Shown here piece after piece: positions 56,163 to 64,000 of a DNA stretch of 64,000 nt. The stretch is from an uncultured Candidatus Poseidoniales archaeon (GTDB lineage Archaea > Thermoplasmatota > Poseidoniia > Poseidoniales > Thalassarchaeaceae), in assembly GCA_964647665.1 (NCBI GenBank), contig CAZYIX010000001.1, positions 115,606 through 179,605 of the forward strand. Direction: 5' to 3'. A program made the position numbers and the translations under genes. The notes below the pieces were generated by a model. It was not told where the DNA came from. It did not search any database and saw only the letters and a list, made by a program, of their open reading frames with translations. Positions within the stretch are counted from its first letter, which is position 1. Every line of letters starts with the position of its first letter.

Positions 56163-57143
56163 ATGGCATATCACAAGCACGCAACACCTAATTTCCGCAA
56201 TCTGTTTATTCGTCCACTATGGATGACTTTGAAGACAGCTTTGCGTACGTTCCCGATTATTGGTAGGGCACGATTCCTCAGGCAACACAACAGTGGTGAG
56301 CCGTATCATGCCGTGCCGACGGAGATGCTGTCTGACGCTGAGCGAGAGAAATTGACTAAGATAGCTCATCAGAGTACTACTCACACTTATGCTGCGGATA
56401 GGGAGAGCACAGACGTTGTCCCTTACCTTCAGCGCCCTGTTACTGTGATGTATCCTTACGAGCGACTGGAGGATATGGAGCCCTGGTTGTTTGTTCCGGG
56501 TAATTACAATGGTCGAATCGGCATCATTTGGGAGACTTGCACAGCCTGCAAGGCTTGTGTGCGCATTTGTCCAAATGACTGCCTACACATGACGACCGAG
56601 ACTCGGGTTAACGTCCTCGATTACACACCCGAAGAAGGTGATGATATGCATGGATACGGTGTGGAATTGGAGGTCGGCGGATTGACAGCGCGACGCATTG
56701 AGGGCAGTGAAGAGGTTTCAGAGGCATTCGACCTTACCACCGCACACAGCGATGCCCCACAGGAGTTTGACTTCGGTGAAATCCTAGACCTTTCAGGAGA
56801 TACAGCCACTGTACGGTGGGATGACAGCGGTGTGACCGAGGAGGTTACTACCAGCGAACTTGTCGGAGCAGAAGTTGATATTGTCAGTGGAAGGATTGAC
56901 CTAGGACGTTGCATGTTCTGTGGACTGTGTATGGAATCCTGCCCGTTCAATTCTTTCTTCATGACCAATGAGTATGATGGAATGTCTGGACATAGCCGCG
57001 AGGAATTGTGGATGGACGCCAGCAGAACTCGTGTGCTCCCTACGGTACACGCAGAGTGCGTTGACATCGAGTTGGGCAAGAGAGTTGAGCAGGAGCAGAA
57101 GAAACTCGCTCGAGCGGCAGCAAAGGCATCGAAGGGGGCTTGA
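56163..57143 (+). CDS. nuoI: NADH-quinone oxidoreductase subunit I (two 4Fe-4S motifs separated by ~100-aa acidic insert)
   Basis: CTACKACVRICP and CMFCGLCMESCP ferredoxin motifs; 326 aa vs ~160-180 typical. Confidence 0.8.
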   Translation: MAYHKHATPNFRNLFIRPLWMTLKTALRTFPIIGRARFLRQHNSGEPYHAVPTEMLSDAEREKLTKIAHQSTTHTYAADRESTDVVPYLQRPVTVMYPYERLEDMEPWLFVPGNYNGRIGIIWETCTACKACVRICPNDCLHMTTETRVNVLDYTPEEGDDMHGYGVELEVGGLTARRIEGSEEVSEAFDLTTAHSDAPQEFDFGEILDLSGDTATVRWDDSGVTEEVTTSELVGAEVDIVSGRIDLGRCMFCGLCMESCPFNSFFMTNEYDGMSGHSREELWMDASRTRVLPTVHAECVDIELGKRVEQEQKKLARAAAKASKGA

Positions 57144-57145
57144 AA

Positions 57146-57454
57146 ATGGAGTTGCCCGCCCTCATCATGGACCCTATCGGCGATATGTTAGGCTCGGTAG
57201 AAGGGATTTCATTCCTGCTCTTGTCGATATTTGCTATTGGTGGAGCGGTAGGGACCGTTCGCGCTCGCCGCGTTGCGCATTCGATGTTGTACCTGATCGG
57301 GGCTTTCTTCGCGGTCGCAGGTGTATTCCTGATGGCTGGGGCAGAGATGCTAGCAGCAATTCAGATTCTCGTCTATCTTGGTAGCGTCATGCTGGTTTAC
57401 GCATTCGGCGTCATGTTGTCACGACGGCAGATTCAGGAGGAGGACTTCGAATGA
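57146..57454 (+). CDS. nuoJ: NADH-quinone oxidoreductase subunit J, N-terminal part (split NuoJ)
   Basis: Three TM helices resembling NuoJ TM1-3; stop overlaps the next start (ATGA). Track TTG 57140. Confidence 0.65.
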   Translation: MELPALIMDPIGDMLGSVEGISFLLLSIFAIGGAVGTVRARRVAHSMLYLIGAFFAVAGVFLMAGAEMLAAIQILVYLGSVMLVYAFGVMLSRRQIQEEDFE

Positions 57455-57750
57455 GGATGGTAGGAAATCTCGCCAAGTTGGGGCTGATTGCCCTGCTCGC
57501 AGTACTCCTTTCAGTATTGATGTCGGCCGATACTTGGCAAGGCGGTGCTCCTCTAAATTGCGACAACACTCAGGCCGATGACGATATTGGTTGCTCTGGC
57601 AGATTCGCAGTTTCTATGCTCACTGATTGGGCCTTCGCGGTAGTAGCTCTAGGTGCTTTGCTCGCCATGGCGATGGCTGGTGCAGCTTACCTGGTGCGCG
57701 ACGAGCGTCTGATCAACCTGATGTGGGAGATTGGAGGTGAGGAGGAATGA
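57451..57750 (+). CDS. nuoJ: NADH-quinone oxidoreductase subunit J, C-terminal part (split NuoJ)
   Basis: Two TM helices with an acidic loop, sitting between J1 and nuoK in operon order. Confidence 0.6.
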   Translation: MRMVGNLAKLGLIALLAVLLSVLMSADTWQGGAPLNCDNTQADDDIGCSGRFAVSMLTDWAFAVVALGALLAMAMAGAAYLVRDERLINLMWEIGGEEE

Positions 57751-58049
57751 TTCCGCCTTCTTGGATTGCTGGCCTTGGTGCCATCCTATTCTGTGTAGGA
57801 CTTTCTGGCGCATTCTCTCGTAAAAACGCCATCATCGTGTTGATGGCGGTAGAGCTGATGCTTAACGCTGTCAATCTTAATTTCGTCGCCGCTGCTGCAC
57901 ATCACGGTGACCTGACCGGCTGGGTTTACACGGCCATAGCGATCGCTATTGCGGCCGCTGAGGTCGCCGTTGGACTAGCGATTTTCCTAGCGTTATACAG
58001 CCAACACGATACCATCTCGCTAGACGATGTGACTATGCTCAAACATTGA
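57747..58049 (+). CDS. nuoK: NADH-quinone oxidoreductase subunit K
   Basis: 100 aa, 3 TM, conserved Glu-containing helices (LMAVELMLNAVNLNFVA; AAAEVAVGLAIF). Confidence 0.85.
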   Translation: MIPPSWIAGLGAILFCVGLSGAFSRKNAIIVLMAVELMLNAVNLNFVAAAAHHGDLTGWVYTAIAIAIAAAEVAVGLAIFLALYSQHDTISLDDVTMLKH

Positions 58050-58061
58050 GGAGGAATAGGA

Positions 58062-60368
58062 ATGGGTGATCACAGTAAATCTGAATGGCATCTGATGATG
58101 CCTGTTGCAGCGATGCTGCTATTCCCGGTTATTTGCTACAAGATAGGCTGGGATGCCATTGATTCCTCAATGTTCATTGTAGCAATTCCACTAGTTGTAT
58201 GGCCAATTATCGCCATCGTCGGACAAGTATGGAAGAAGACAGATTGGTGGAAGAACCACCTGAAGGAGGGTGGCATCATTGCTCTCGCAGCCCTTGCAGT
58301 CTCGCTATGTCTGACGATATGGCTAATCATTCAATTCCTCGGTGAACACGGTCACTTTGGGGCACAGGATAGTGACATTGCGTCCTTCGCTTGGCTGAAT
58401 TTCGACATCCTCTCACACGATGGTGTATCATGGGAATTGATTGGCTCTGACAAACTTGGATTCACTATCGGCTTCGGCATCTACGTCGATGCACTAACCC
58501 TGATGCTGCTATTCGTCGCTGCATTCCTCTGCTTCCTCATCGGTTGGTTCGCAATTGGTTACATGACTACTGATGCAGTGAACGAGGACCGCAACCACCG
58601 CTTCTTCGCAGAATTCCTGCTGTTCTCCTGTGGCATGTTCGGTATGGTATTGGCAGACAATTTCCTGTGGCTGTTCATCTTCTGGGAGATAATGGGGCTG
58701 TGTTCATACCTGCTCATCGGATTCTATTGGGAGAAGCCCAGTGCTGCTGCTGCTGCCAAGAAGGCGTTCATGACCACACGCGTTGGTGACGTATTCCTGA
58801 TGGTTGGACTACTCATCATCTACGACTTGTACAACAGTCTCTCATTCGAGGTCATCTTTGACCCCGCCATCATCGACACGGTTGACCCAGAAAGGCTGCG
58901 TCTCGCGCTGATTATGCTGTTCATAGGAGCGGTAGGCAAGTCGGCTCAATTCCCACTACACGTGTGGCTGCCCGATGCCATGGAAGGCCCAACTCCTGTG
59001 TCCGCTCTCATCCACGCAGCGACCATGGTGAATGCAGGTCTGTATCTGGTCGCACGTATGTTCCCATTCTTCGGTGCATCTGGATTTGAGGGTGACTTTT
59101 CCGATGTGGCGCTGCTCATCACCTGGATTGGAGGTATCACTGCCATAATGGCGGCAGCAATCGCTTTGGTTGCGAATGATATCAAGAGAGTTCTCGCCTA
59201 CTCGACGATGAGTCAACTGGCTTACATCTTCGCCGGATTGGGTGCTGCTTGTTGGTTCGCTAATTCCGGTCACCCAGAATATGCTGCTCTTGCCTTTGGC
59301 GCTGCCCTATTCCACTTATTCAATCACGCCATGGCGAAAGGAATGCTGTTCATGGCTTCTGGTTCGGTCATCCATGAGATGCATCACGCGCATCACCATG
59401 CGCATGGGGAGCACGGAGACGACGACGACTTCGATGCTCAAGATATGCGCAATATGGGTGGTCTAGCATCAAAGATGCCAGTGACCAGTGTAGCCATGAT
59501 GTTAGGCTCGATGTCAATCATCGGCATCCCACTCATCGGTGGCTTCTGGTCGAAGGAAGGCATCATCGCTCAGAATTGGCACGCGGCCATCTCGCAAGAT
59601 GGTGGCGCGATGTTGGTTCCAGCGTTGTTGTTACTTGCTACCGCGGGTATGACCGGATTCTACATGTCAAGAATGTGGTTCATGACCTTCGCTGGCAAAC
59701 CGAAGACTGAGGTTGCTGAGCACGTTGGAGAAGATACTCATTGGATCAAAACCCCGTTGGTCACTCTTTCGCTGGTCACCGCTTTCACTGGAGCGATCTT
59801 TGCAGTACTGAATTTCCCAGAGTGGCTTGGCGACGGTGAGCATTTGATGCATGGAATCGAGAGTTATGGACTCGCAGAACAGGTCGTCCATGTGCTTGAG
59901 CACACTTTCCTGCCCCATGAATCCACTCTGATGACAGTTGGCTGGACTGCAATAGTAATCTCAGCCCTTCTTGGCCCATTCTTGGCTGCTCGAATCCACG
60001 GTGGGCGTCTTGCCGCAGGCGAAGAAGCCAATCCATTCGTTGGTTGGTTGGTGCAGATATCAGGCAGCGTTGGTCGCACCAATGTCGACGAGATAGCCAA
60101 GTCAGGATTCGCCGTCGCACTGCACAACCGCCTCTACATTGACGACTTGTACGAGTGGGTGATTGCTCGAACAGTCGTGCCACTCGGTCGCCTGTTAGCG
60201 TGGTTTGACAAGAGCGGTATTGATGGTGTCATCAAGGGTATAGAATCGGGTAGCCAGACCTCCTCGTCGTGGATTCGTCTGATGACCACAGGTTCCGCTC
60301 GAGATTACATCTTGATGGCTGCTGTCGGTGCTCTGTGCATCTTCGCACTTCTCTGGGGGGTGGCCTGA
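58062..60368 (+). CDS. nuoL: NADH-quinone oxidoreductase subunit L
   Basis: Antiporter-like core (WLPDAMEGPTPVSALIHAATMVNAG) plus a long C-terminal extension with the lateral helix; His-rich insert HHAHHHAHGEHGDDDD. Confidence 0.9.
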   Translation: MGDHSKSEWHLMMPVAAMLLFPVICYKIGWDAIDSSMFIVAIPLVVWPIIAIVGQVWKKTDWWKNHLKEGGIIALAALAVSLCLTIWLIIQFLGEHGHFGAQDSDIASFAWLNFDILSHDGVSWELIGSDKLGFTIGFGIYVDALTLMLLFVAAFLCFLIGWFAIGYMTTDAVNEDRNHRFFAEFLLFSCGMFGMVLADNFLWLFIFWEIMGLCSYLLIGFYWEKPSAAAAAKKAFMTTRVGDVFLMVGLLIIYDLYNSLSFEVIFDPAIIDTVDPERLRLALIMLFIGAVGKSAQFPLHVWLPDAMEGPTPVSALIHAATMVNAGLYLVARMFPFFGASGFEGDFSDVALLITWIGGITAIMAAAIALVANDIKRVLAYSTMSQLAYIFAGLGAACWFANSGHPEYAALAFGAALFHLFNHAMAKGMLFMASGSVIHEMHHAHHHAHGEHGDDDDFDAQDMRNMGGLASKMPVTSVAMMLGSMSIIGIPLIGGFWSKEGIIAQNWHAAISQDGGAMLVPALLLLATAGMTGFYMSRMWFMTFAGKPKTEVAEHVGEDTHWIKTPLVTLSLVTAFTGAIFAVLNFPEWLGDGEHLMHGIESYGLAEQVVHVLEHTFLPHESTLMTVGWTAIVISALLGPFLAARIHGGRLAAGEEANPFVGWLVQISGSVGRTNVDEIAKSGFAVALHNRLYIDDLYEWVIARTVVPLGRLLAWFDKSGIDGVIKGIESGSQTSSSWIRLMTTGSARDYILMAAVGALCIFALLWGVA

Positions 60369-62024
60369 ATGGATATGATGGAGATGATTGGTAACCCGCT
60401 CACTATTCTCGTGCTATTGCCGTTCTGCGCCTCTTTGCTGCTGATGCTTGTTCACTGGGCTGCGGCCGAGGACCGTCAGGCTGACATTAGCAGATGGATT
60501 AGACACATCAATCTCGGAATCGCACTTCTGATGTTCGCACTTGCCACCCTGATTGGACTAGAGTCATTCAGCACAGACCTAGCAGGGCTACAAGGCTGGT
60601 CGGGCCTCGGTTGGCATGATTATCTCTATGACAACTGTGACCAAGGTGTTCTGCGTACAGGCGGCTGTGCGGTAATCTCCAGCGTAGGTGTATCATGGCA
60701 CGTTGGCATCGATGCACTTTCCTATCCGATGGTGTGGCTCACTACCTTGCTGATTCCCATCTCAATGCTCGTTGATTGGGGCGCAAAGAAGGGTGCATAT
60801 TTCCACAGTTTGATTTTGATGATGGAAGGCGCCCTCATCGGTGTATTCGTCAGTCTTGATTTGTTCATGTTCTACGTATTCTGGGAACTGACATTGATTC
60901 CGATGTTCTTCCTCATCCTGTTATGGGGTGGTGAAGATCGTCGCTATGCTGCACAGAAATTCTTCATCTACACATTTGCTGCCAGCGTCTTCATGCTCGC
61001 TGGTATCCTTGTGATGTATTTCCATAACCCGGTTCCAGCATGGACTGGCAACTTGACCGGTAATTCATTCGACCTCGTGTTGATGAATGAACAGGTGGCT
61101 GAGTCCTCGTTCATCAGCGGAGGAATGCAATCTCTTGTCTTCTTGCTATTGTTGATTGGATTTGCAACCAAGATGCCCAGCGTACCTGTTCACACTTGGT
61201 TGCCTGATGCGCACGTGGAGGCACCTACCGCTGGCTCAATGCTGCTGGCTGGCGTCATGCTGAAGATGGGTGCATACGGATTCATTCGACTGTCTGTCGC
61301 CTTATTCCCTGAGTCCATCATCGAATATCAGTGGCTGTTGGTTCTGCTTGGGATGGTCAGTCTGGTCTATGCTTCGTGGGTGTGTCTGGGACAAACCAAC
61401 CTCAAACGGCTGGTCGCCTATTCTTCGGTATCGCACATGGGCGTGATTTTCCTTGGTGTGGCGACTTTACAGCCACTAGGAATTGCTGGTGCGATTTTCA
61501 TGATGTTCGCGCACGGAATCATCTCACCGCTTCTATTCGCTGTGGCTGGCGCTTTCAAGCACCACTATCACACGCTGGAGATTGGCAGTATGCGAGGGCT
61601 TGCGCATCACAGCCCGTGGATGTCCGCGCACATGATGGTCGGTTGGATGGGCAGCCTCGGCTTGCCTCTGATGGCTGGCTTCGTCGCCGAGGTGGCGATA
61701 CTCATCGCATTCTGGATGACTTTCGGTTGGCTAGTTCTGCTACCTGCTCTCACCCTAATCATCACCGCTGCCTACTACCTGTGGAGCATGCAGCGGACCA
61801 TCTTCGAAGGCGGTGGAGTAGCCCAGTTACCACCAACGATGGGAGATGATGAGCCAAGCGACATCACTTGGCATGAGAACATCGGCATGATGACTCTCGG
61901 AATATTGGCGGTGCTATTCGGCATCCTCCCGTTCATTTTCTTCGACATGATGTCGAGCTGGTCGACTGATTTGATTGCTACGACTTTTGTCGATGTGATG
62001 AATTCACTGGGGGTAGAGCCATGA
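60369..62024 (+). CDS. nuoM: NADH-quinone oxidoreductase subunit M
   Basis: TWLPDAHVEAPTAGSMLLAGVMLKMGAYGFIR antiporter-like signature; 551 aa. Confidence 0.9.
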   Translation: MDMMEMIGNPLTILVLLPFCASLLLMLVHWAAAEDRQADISRWIRHINLGIALLMFALATLIGLESFSTDLAGLQGWSGLGWHDYLYDNCDQGVLRTGGCAVISSVGVSWHVGIDALSYPMVWLTTLLIPISMLVDWGAKKGAYFHSLILMMEGALIGVFVSLDLFMFYVFWELTLIPMFFLILLWGGEDRRYAAQKFFIYTFAASVFMLAGILVMYFHNPVPAWTGNLTGNSFDLVLMNEQVAESSFISGGMQSLVFLLLLIGFATKMPSVPVHTWLPDAHVEAPTAGSMLLAGVMLKMGAYGFIRLSVALFPESIIEYQWLLVLLGMVSLVYASWVCLGQTNLKRLVAYSSVSHMGVIFLGVATLQPLGIAGAIFMMFAHGIISPLLFAVAGAFKHHYHTLEIGSMRGLAHHSPWMSAHMMVGWMGSLGLPLMAGFVAEVAILIAFWMTFGWLVLLPALTLIITAAYYLWSMQRTIFEGGGVAQLPPTMGDDEPSDITWHENIGMMTLGILAVLFGILPFIFFDMMSSWSTDLIATTFVDVMNSLGVEP

Positions 62025-63784
62025 GTTTGGGTACGCTGTTCAGTGGCCCTGAAATGGCTAGTGCGCTGATGCCAGAGTGGATTCTTCTCCTCGGTATCGT
62101 CGCGATGGCTATCGTTCCCAATCTTGGAGATGGCACGTTCCGGTTGCCTATTCCGGGTACCAGCATTCGCATCCCGCTGTTATTTGGCGGCAATCGGCTT
62201 CCCTTCACCAGCGATCCTCGCCTACCCGCCGGTATTGCTGCTGTGACTCTAATCGCCTCATTTGTCACCGCATTGATGTCACAGATGCTTGACCCGAGCG
62301 TCGGCATGAACATGGCTTGCATCGATGGTAATGGAGCAGTATTCACTTCCTGTGATGTTGACCATCAACACCTGTTCCGCGTCGATTCGTTCAGCCGACT
62401 ATTCGAGATGATTTTCTATGCAGCACTGTTGTTGGCGGTCGCTGCTGGCTTCAACCGGATGCCTGCTACCCCAGCATCTCGCCTGCCCACCAGAGTGCAG
62501 CAGGATGACATTGTCGAGGAGCGACGCCTGCAGAAGTTGCTCGACAACCGCCGACAGGTGGACTTCTACCTTCTAGTGCTGATGGTCGCTTTCGGCATGT
62601 CGATTGTCGCCCTGTCGGTCAACCTATTCGTGATGTTTGTCGGCCTTGAACTTGCCAGCCTTGCCTCATATGTGCTCGTGGCTTTCTTGAAGGAAACAAA
62701 GGAGGGCTCTGAAGCCGGTGTCAAGTACTTCATCGTCGGAAGTGTGAGCAGCGCCATAGGTCTCTACGGACTATCACTGCTCTACATCTGGAATGGCGAC
62801 CTCTCCATCACGGGACAGGTTGGTTTAGCAGAATCATGGGCTGCGATGGAATCACCAGAGCCCCTTCCGCTTATTGGCCTAGGCCTGATGCTTGCCGCCT
62901 TCGCATTCAAGGTCAGTGCAGTACCCTTCCACTTCGCTGCACCTGATGCATATTCCGGTTCTCCCGGCCCTGTTGCGGGTGTGCTCGCTACCGCCAGTAA
63001 GGCGATGGGTTTCCTGGCTCTGATGCGCGTCCTCATCGGTGTGACGCTTGGCGACGGAGAGAGCGAATGGCTCGTGCTGCTAGGAATTATTGCGGCTATC
63101 ACAATGACTTGGGGTAACGTCGCTGCTCTAGGCAGTAAGAATCCAAAGCGAATGCTCGCATACTCCAGTGTTGCTCACGCGGGTTATGTATTGGCTGGAA
63201 TAGCAGCTGTCGGGGCCATAGGAGCCGGCGATACCGCCGCCCTTCTGACAACTGCCGTCATCTTCCACCTCGCTGTGCTTGTCACCTTCAAACTCGGTGC
63301 CTTCCTTGTAATCAGCCTGCTTGAAATCGAAGGGCGTGGGCACGACCTTGCGCACTTCAACGGCCTTGCTCGACGTGACCCACTGATTGCAATCTCGATG
63401 TTCATATTCATGCTCGCGCTCGCGGGTGTTCCACCATTGTCAGGATTCCTCTCGAAACTGTTGATGGTCAACGGAATCATTTCTTCCACTATCGGTGATA
63501 TATCCAGCGCTAGCCTCGGTGACCTGACCGGTACTCTATCGTGGGTATTCTGGCTGGCCATTCTGATTTTCATCAACAGTGCTTTCAGCCTATTCTACTA
63601 CCTGAGAATAGGTGTCGTGATGTTCTTTGAAGACACGGATCGTAATGTTCGTCTTGCTCGCGCACCTTTGCTGAGAATGGCCATCATGCTGTGCACAATC
63701 GGTGCGATAGTATTCGGATTTGGCGACCTCGCTGATGGGCTGCTTACATTGGCAGGAAACGCAGCGTCAGCGCTAATGCCTTGA
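62021..63784 (+). CDS. nuoN: NADH-quinone oxidoreductase subunit N
   Basis: FHFAAPDAYSGSPGPVAGVLATASK signature; N-terminal extension (587 aa). Confidence 0.85.
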   Translation: MSLGTLFSGPEMASALMPEWILLLGIVAMAIVPNLGDGTFRLPIPGTSIRIPLLFGGNRLPFTSDPRLPAGIAAVTLIASFVTALMSQMLDPSVGMNMACIDGNGAVFTSCDVDHQHLFRVDSFSRLFEMIFYAALLLAVAAGFNRMPATPASRLPTRVQQDDIVEERRLQKLLDNRRQVDFYLLVLMVAFGMSIVALSVNLFVMFVGLELASLASYVLVAFLKETKEGSEAGVKYFIVGSVSSAIGLYGLSLLYIWNGDLSITGQVGLAESWAAMESPEPLPLIGLGLMLAAFAFKVSAVPFHFAAPDAYSGSPGPVAGVLATASKAMGFLALMRVLIGVTLGDGESEWLVLLGIIAAITMTWGNVAALGSKNPKRMLAYSSVAHAGYVLAGIAAVGAIGAGDTAALLTTAVIFHLAVLVTFKLGAFLVISLLEIEGRGHDLAHFNGLARRDPLIAISMFIFMLALAGVPPLSGFLSKLLMVNGIISSTIGDISSASLGDLTGTLSWVFWLAILIFINSAFSLFYYLRIGVVMFFEDTDRNVRLARAPLLRMAIMLCTIGAIVFGFGDLADGLLTLAGNAASALMP

Positions 63785-63832
63785 GTGGACGCTGCTTTAT
63801 GTAGGGTCGGCGGGTCGGCGAGGCTGAACACC

Positions 63833-64000
63833 ATGGGACGTCGACGTGAGGAGACTGTTGATGAGGAGCTTCTGGCTCGTCTAGAGCAGGGCAGTAGTGA
63901 CAAAATTCGAGTCCCAACACCCAACGAGCGAATCAATGAGATGTTCGCGATTGCAGACCAAATTCTAGGCGGGCGCAAGGTTCGAGTCGTCTGTGCTGAT
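63833..64000 (+). CDS. eif1a: Translation initiation factor 1A (aIF-1A/eIF1A), 5' partial at window end
   Basis: ATG then ...IRVPTPNERINEMFAIADQILGGRKVRVVCAD matches the aIF-1A S1-like N-terminus (IRVRTPMGNELxGxVxxxLGnxxxRVRcxDG). Truncated by the window edge; not in the ORF track. Confidence 0.55.
   Translation, partial: MGRRREETVDEELLARLEQGSSDKIRVPTPNERINEMFAIADQILGGRKVRVVCAD

Noticed and set aside
1-64000. CRISPR arrays, transposases, integrases, prophage or IS elements; integration at tRNA-Thr or tRNA-Tyr
   Set aside because: I saw no short regularly spaced direct repeats, no DDE/tyrosine-recombinase-like ORFs, and no direct repeats of tRNA 3' ends marking an att site. The surface-protein island has no recombinase at either edge.

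Overview
This window is a gene-dense archaeal chromosomal segment; I saw no mobile elements and no CRISPR array. Gene content points to a euryarchaeote / Thermoplasmatota-like organism, possibly a marine group II-type proteolytic heterotroph; this is an inference from the genes present, and no search was run. Several ORF-track starts are TTG/GTG codons; I moved the start to the nearest in-frame ATG where homology supports it. GAGG-type Shine-Dalgarno motifs precede many internal operon genes.

From 5' to 3' the window holds:
- 1-6.6 kb: a DUF971 gene, Pus10, then the conserved archaeal cluster L21e / RNAP subunit F / DUF655 / KsgA, followed by a HhH + zinc-ribbon protein and a DUF1624-like membrane protein.
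- 6.7-14.5 kb: a 2Fe-2S ferredoxin, CorA, a DUF59 protein, a histone-fold doublet protein, an M24 peptidase, an orphan SPPY-type DNA methyltransferase, phosphoglycerate kinase, tRNA-Thr(CGU) and a SAM methyltransferase.
- 14.5-23 kb: phosphohexomutase, RidA, a DUF354 protein, a Nudix hydrolase, UppS, a HAD phosphatase, a kinase-like protein, GpmA and MscS.
- 23-36.3 kb: a secreted M14 carboxypeptidase immediately followed by an SNF (SLC6) Na+ symporter, Nnr, a GtrA-like protein, HisRS, a secreted PGF-CTERM glycoprotein, FtsZ, an intron-containing tRNA-Tyr(GUA), a retropepsin-like protease, L15e and RNase Z.
- 36.35-51.66 kb: a co-directional island of giant exported proteins. These comprise an 861-aa PKD protein, a 1448-aa domain-less protein plus a small partner, a 1556-aa subtilisin S8 with CARDB repeats, and a 947-aa CARDB protein.
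- 51.8-63.8 kb: an 11-subunit nuoABCDHIJ1J2KLMN operon with no nuoEFG, followed by a truncated aIF-1A gene at the window end.

The most unusual feature is in the surface island. The PKD protein and the subtilisin are both predicted to have a signal peptide, a large ectodomain, one TM helix, and a cytoplasmic tail ending in a C4 zinc ribbon. Other points of note:
- the histone-fold doublet or triplet protein;
- the intron-containing tRNA-Tyr whose 3' half overlaps a CDS end;
- enlarged NuoI and NuoH and a split NuoJ;
- two families of recurring palindromes at gene boundaries, a CCC-ATA-GG-core hairpin (3 copies) and GGAAC...GTTCC (2 copies).
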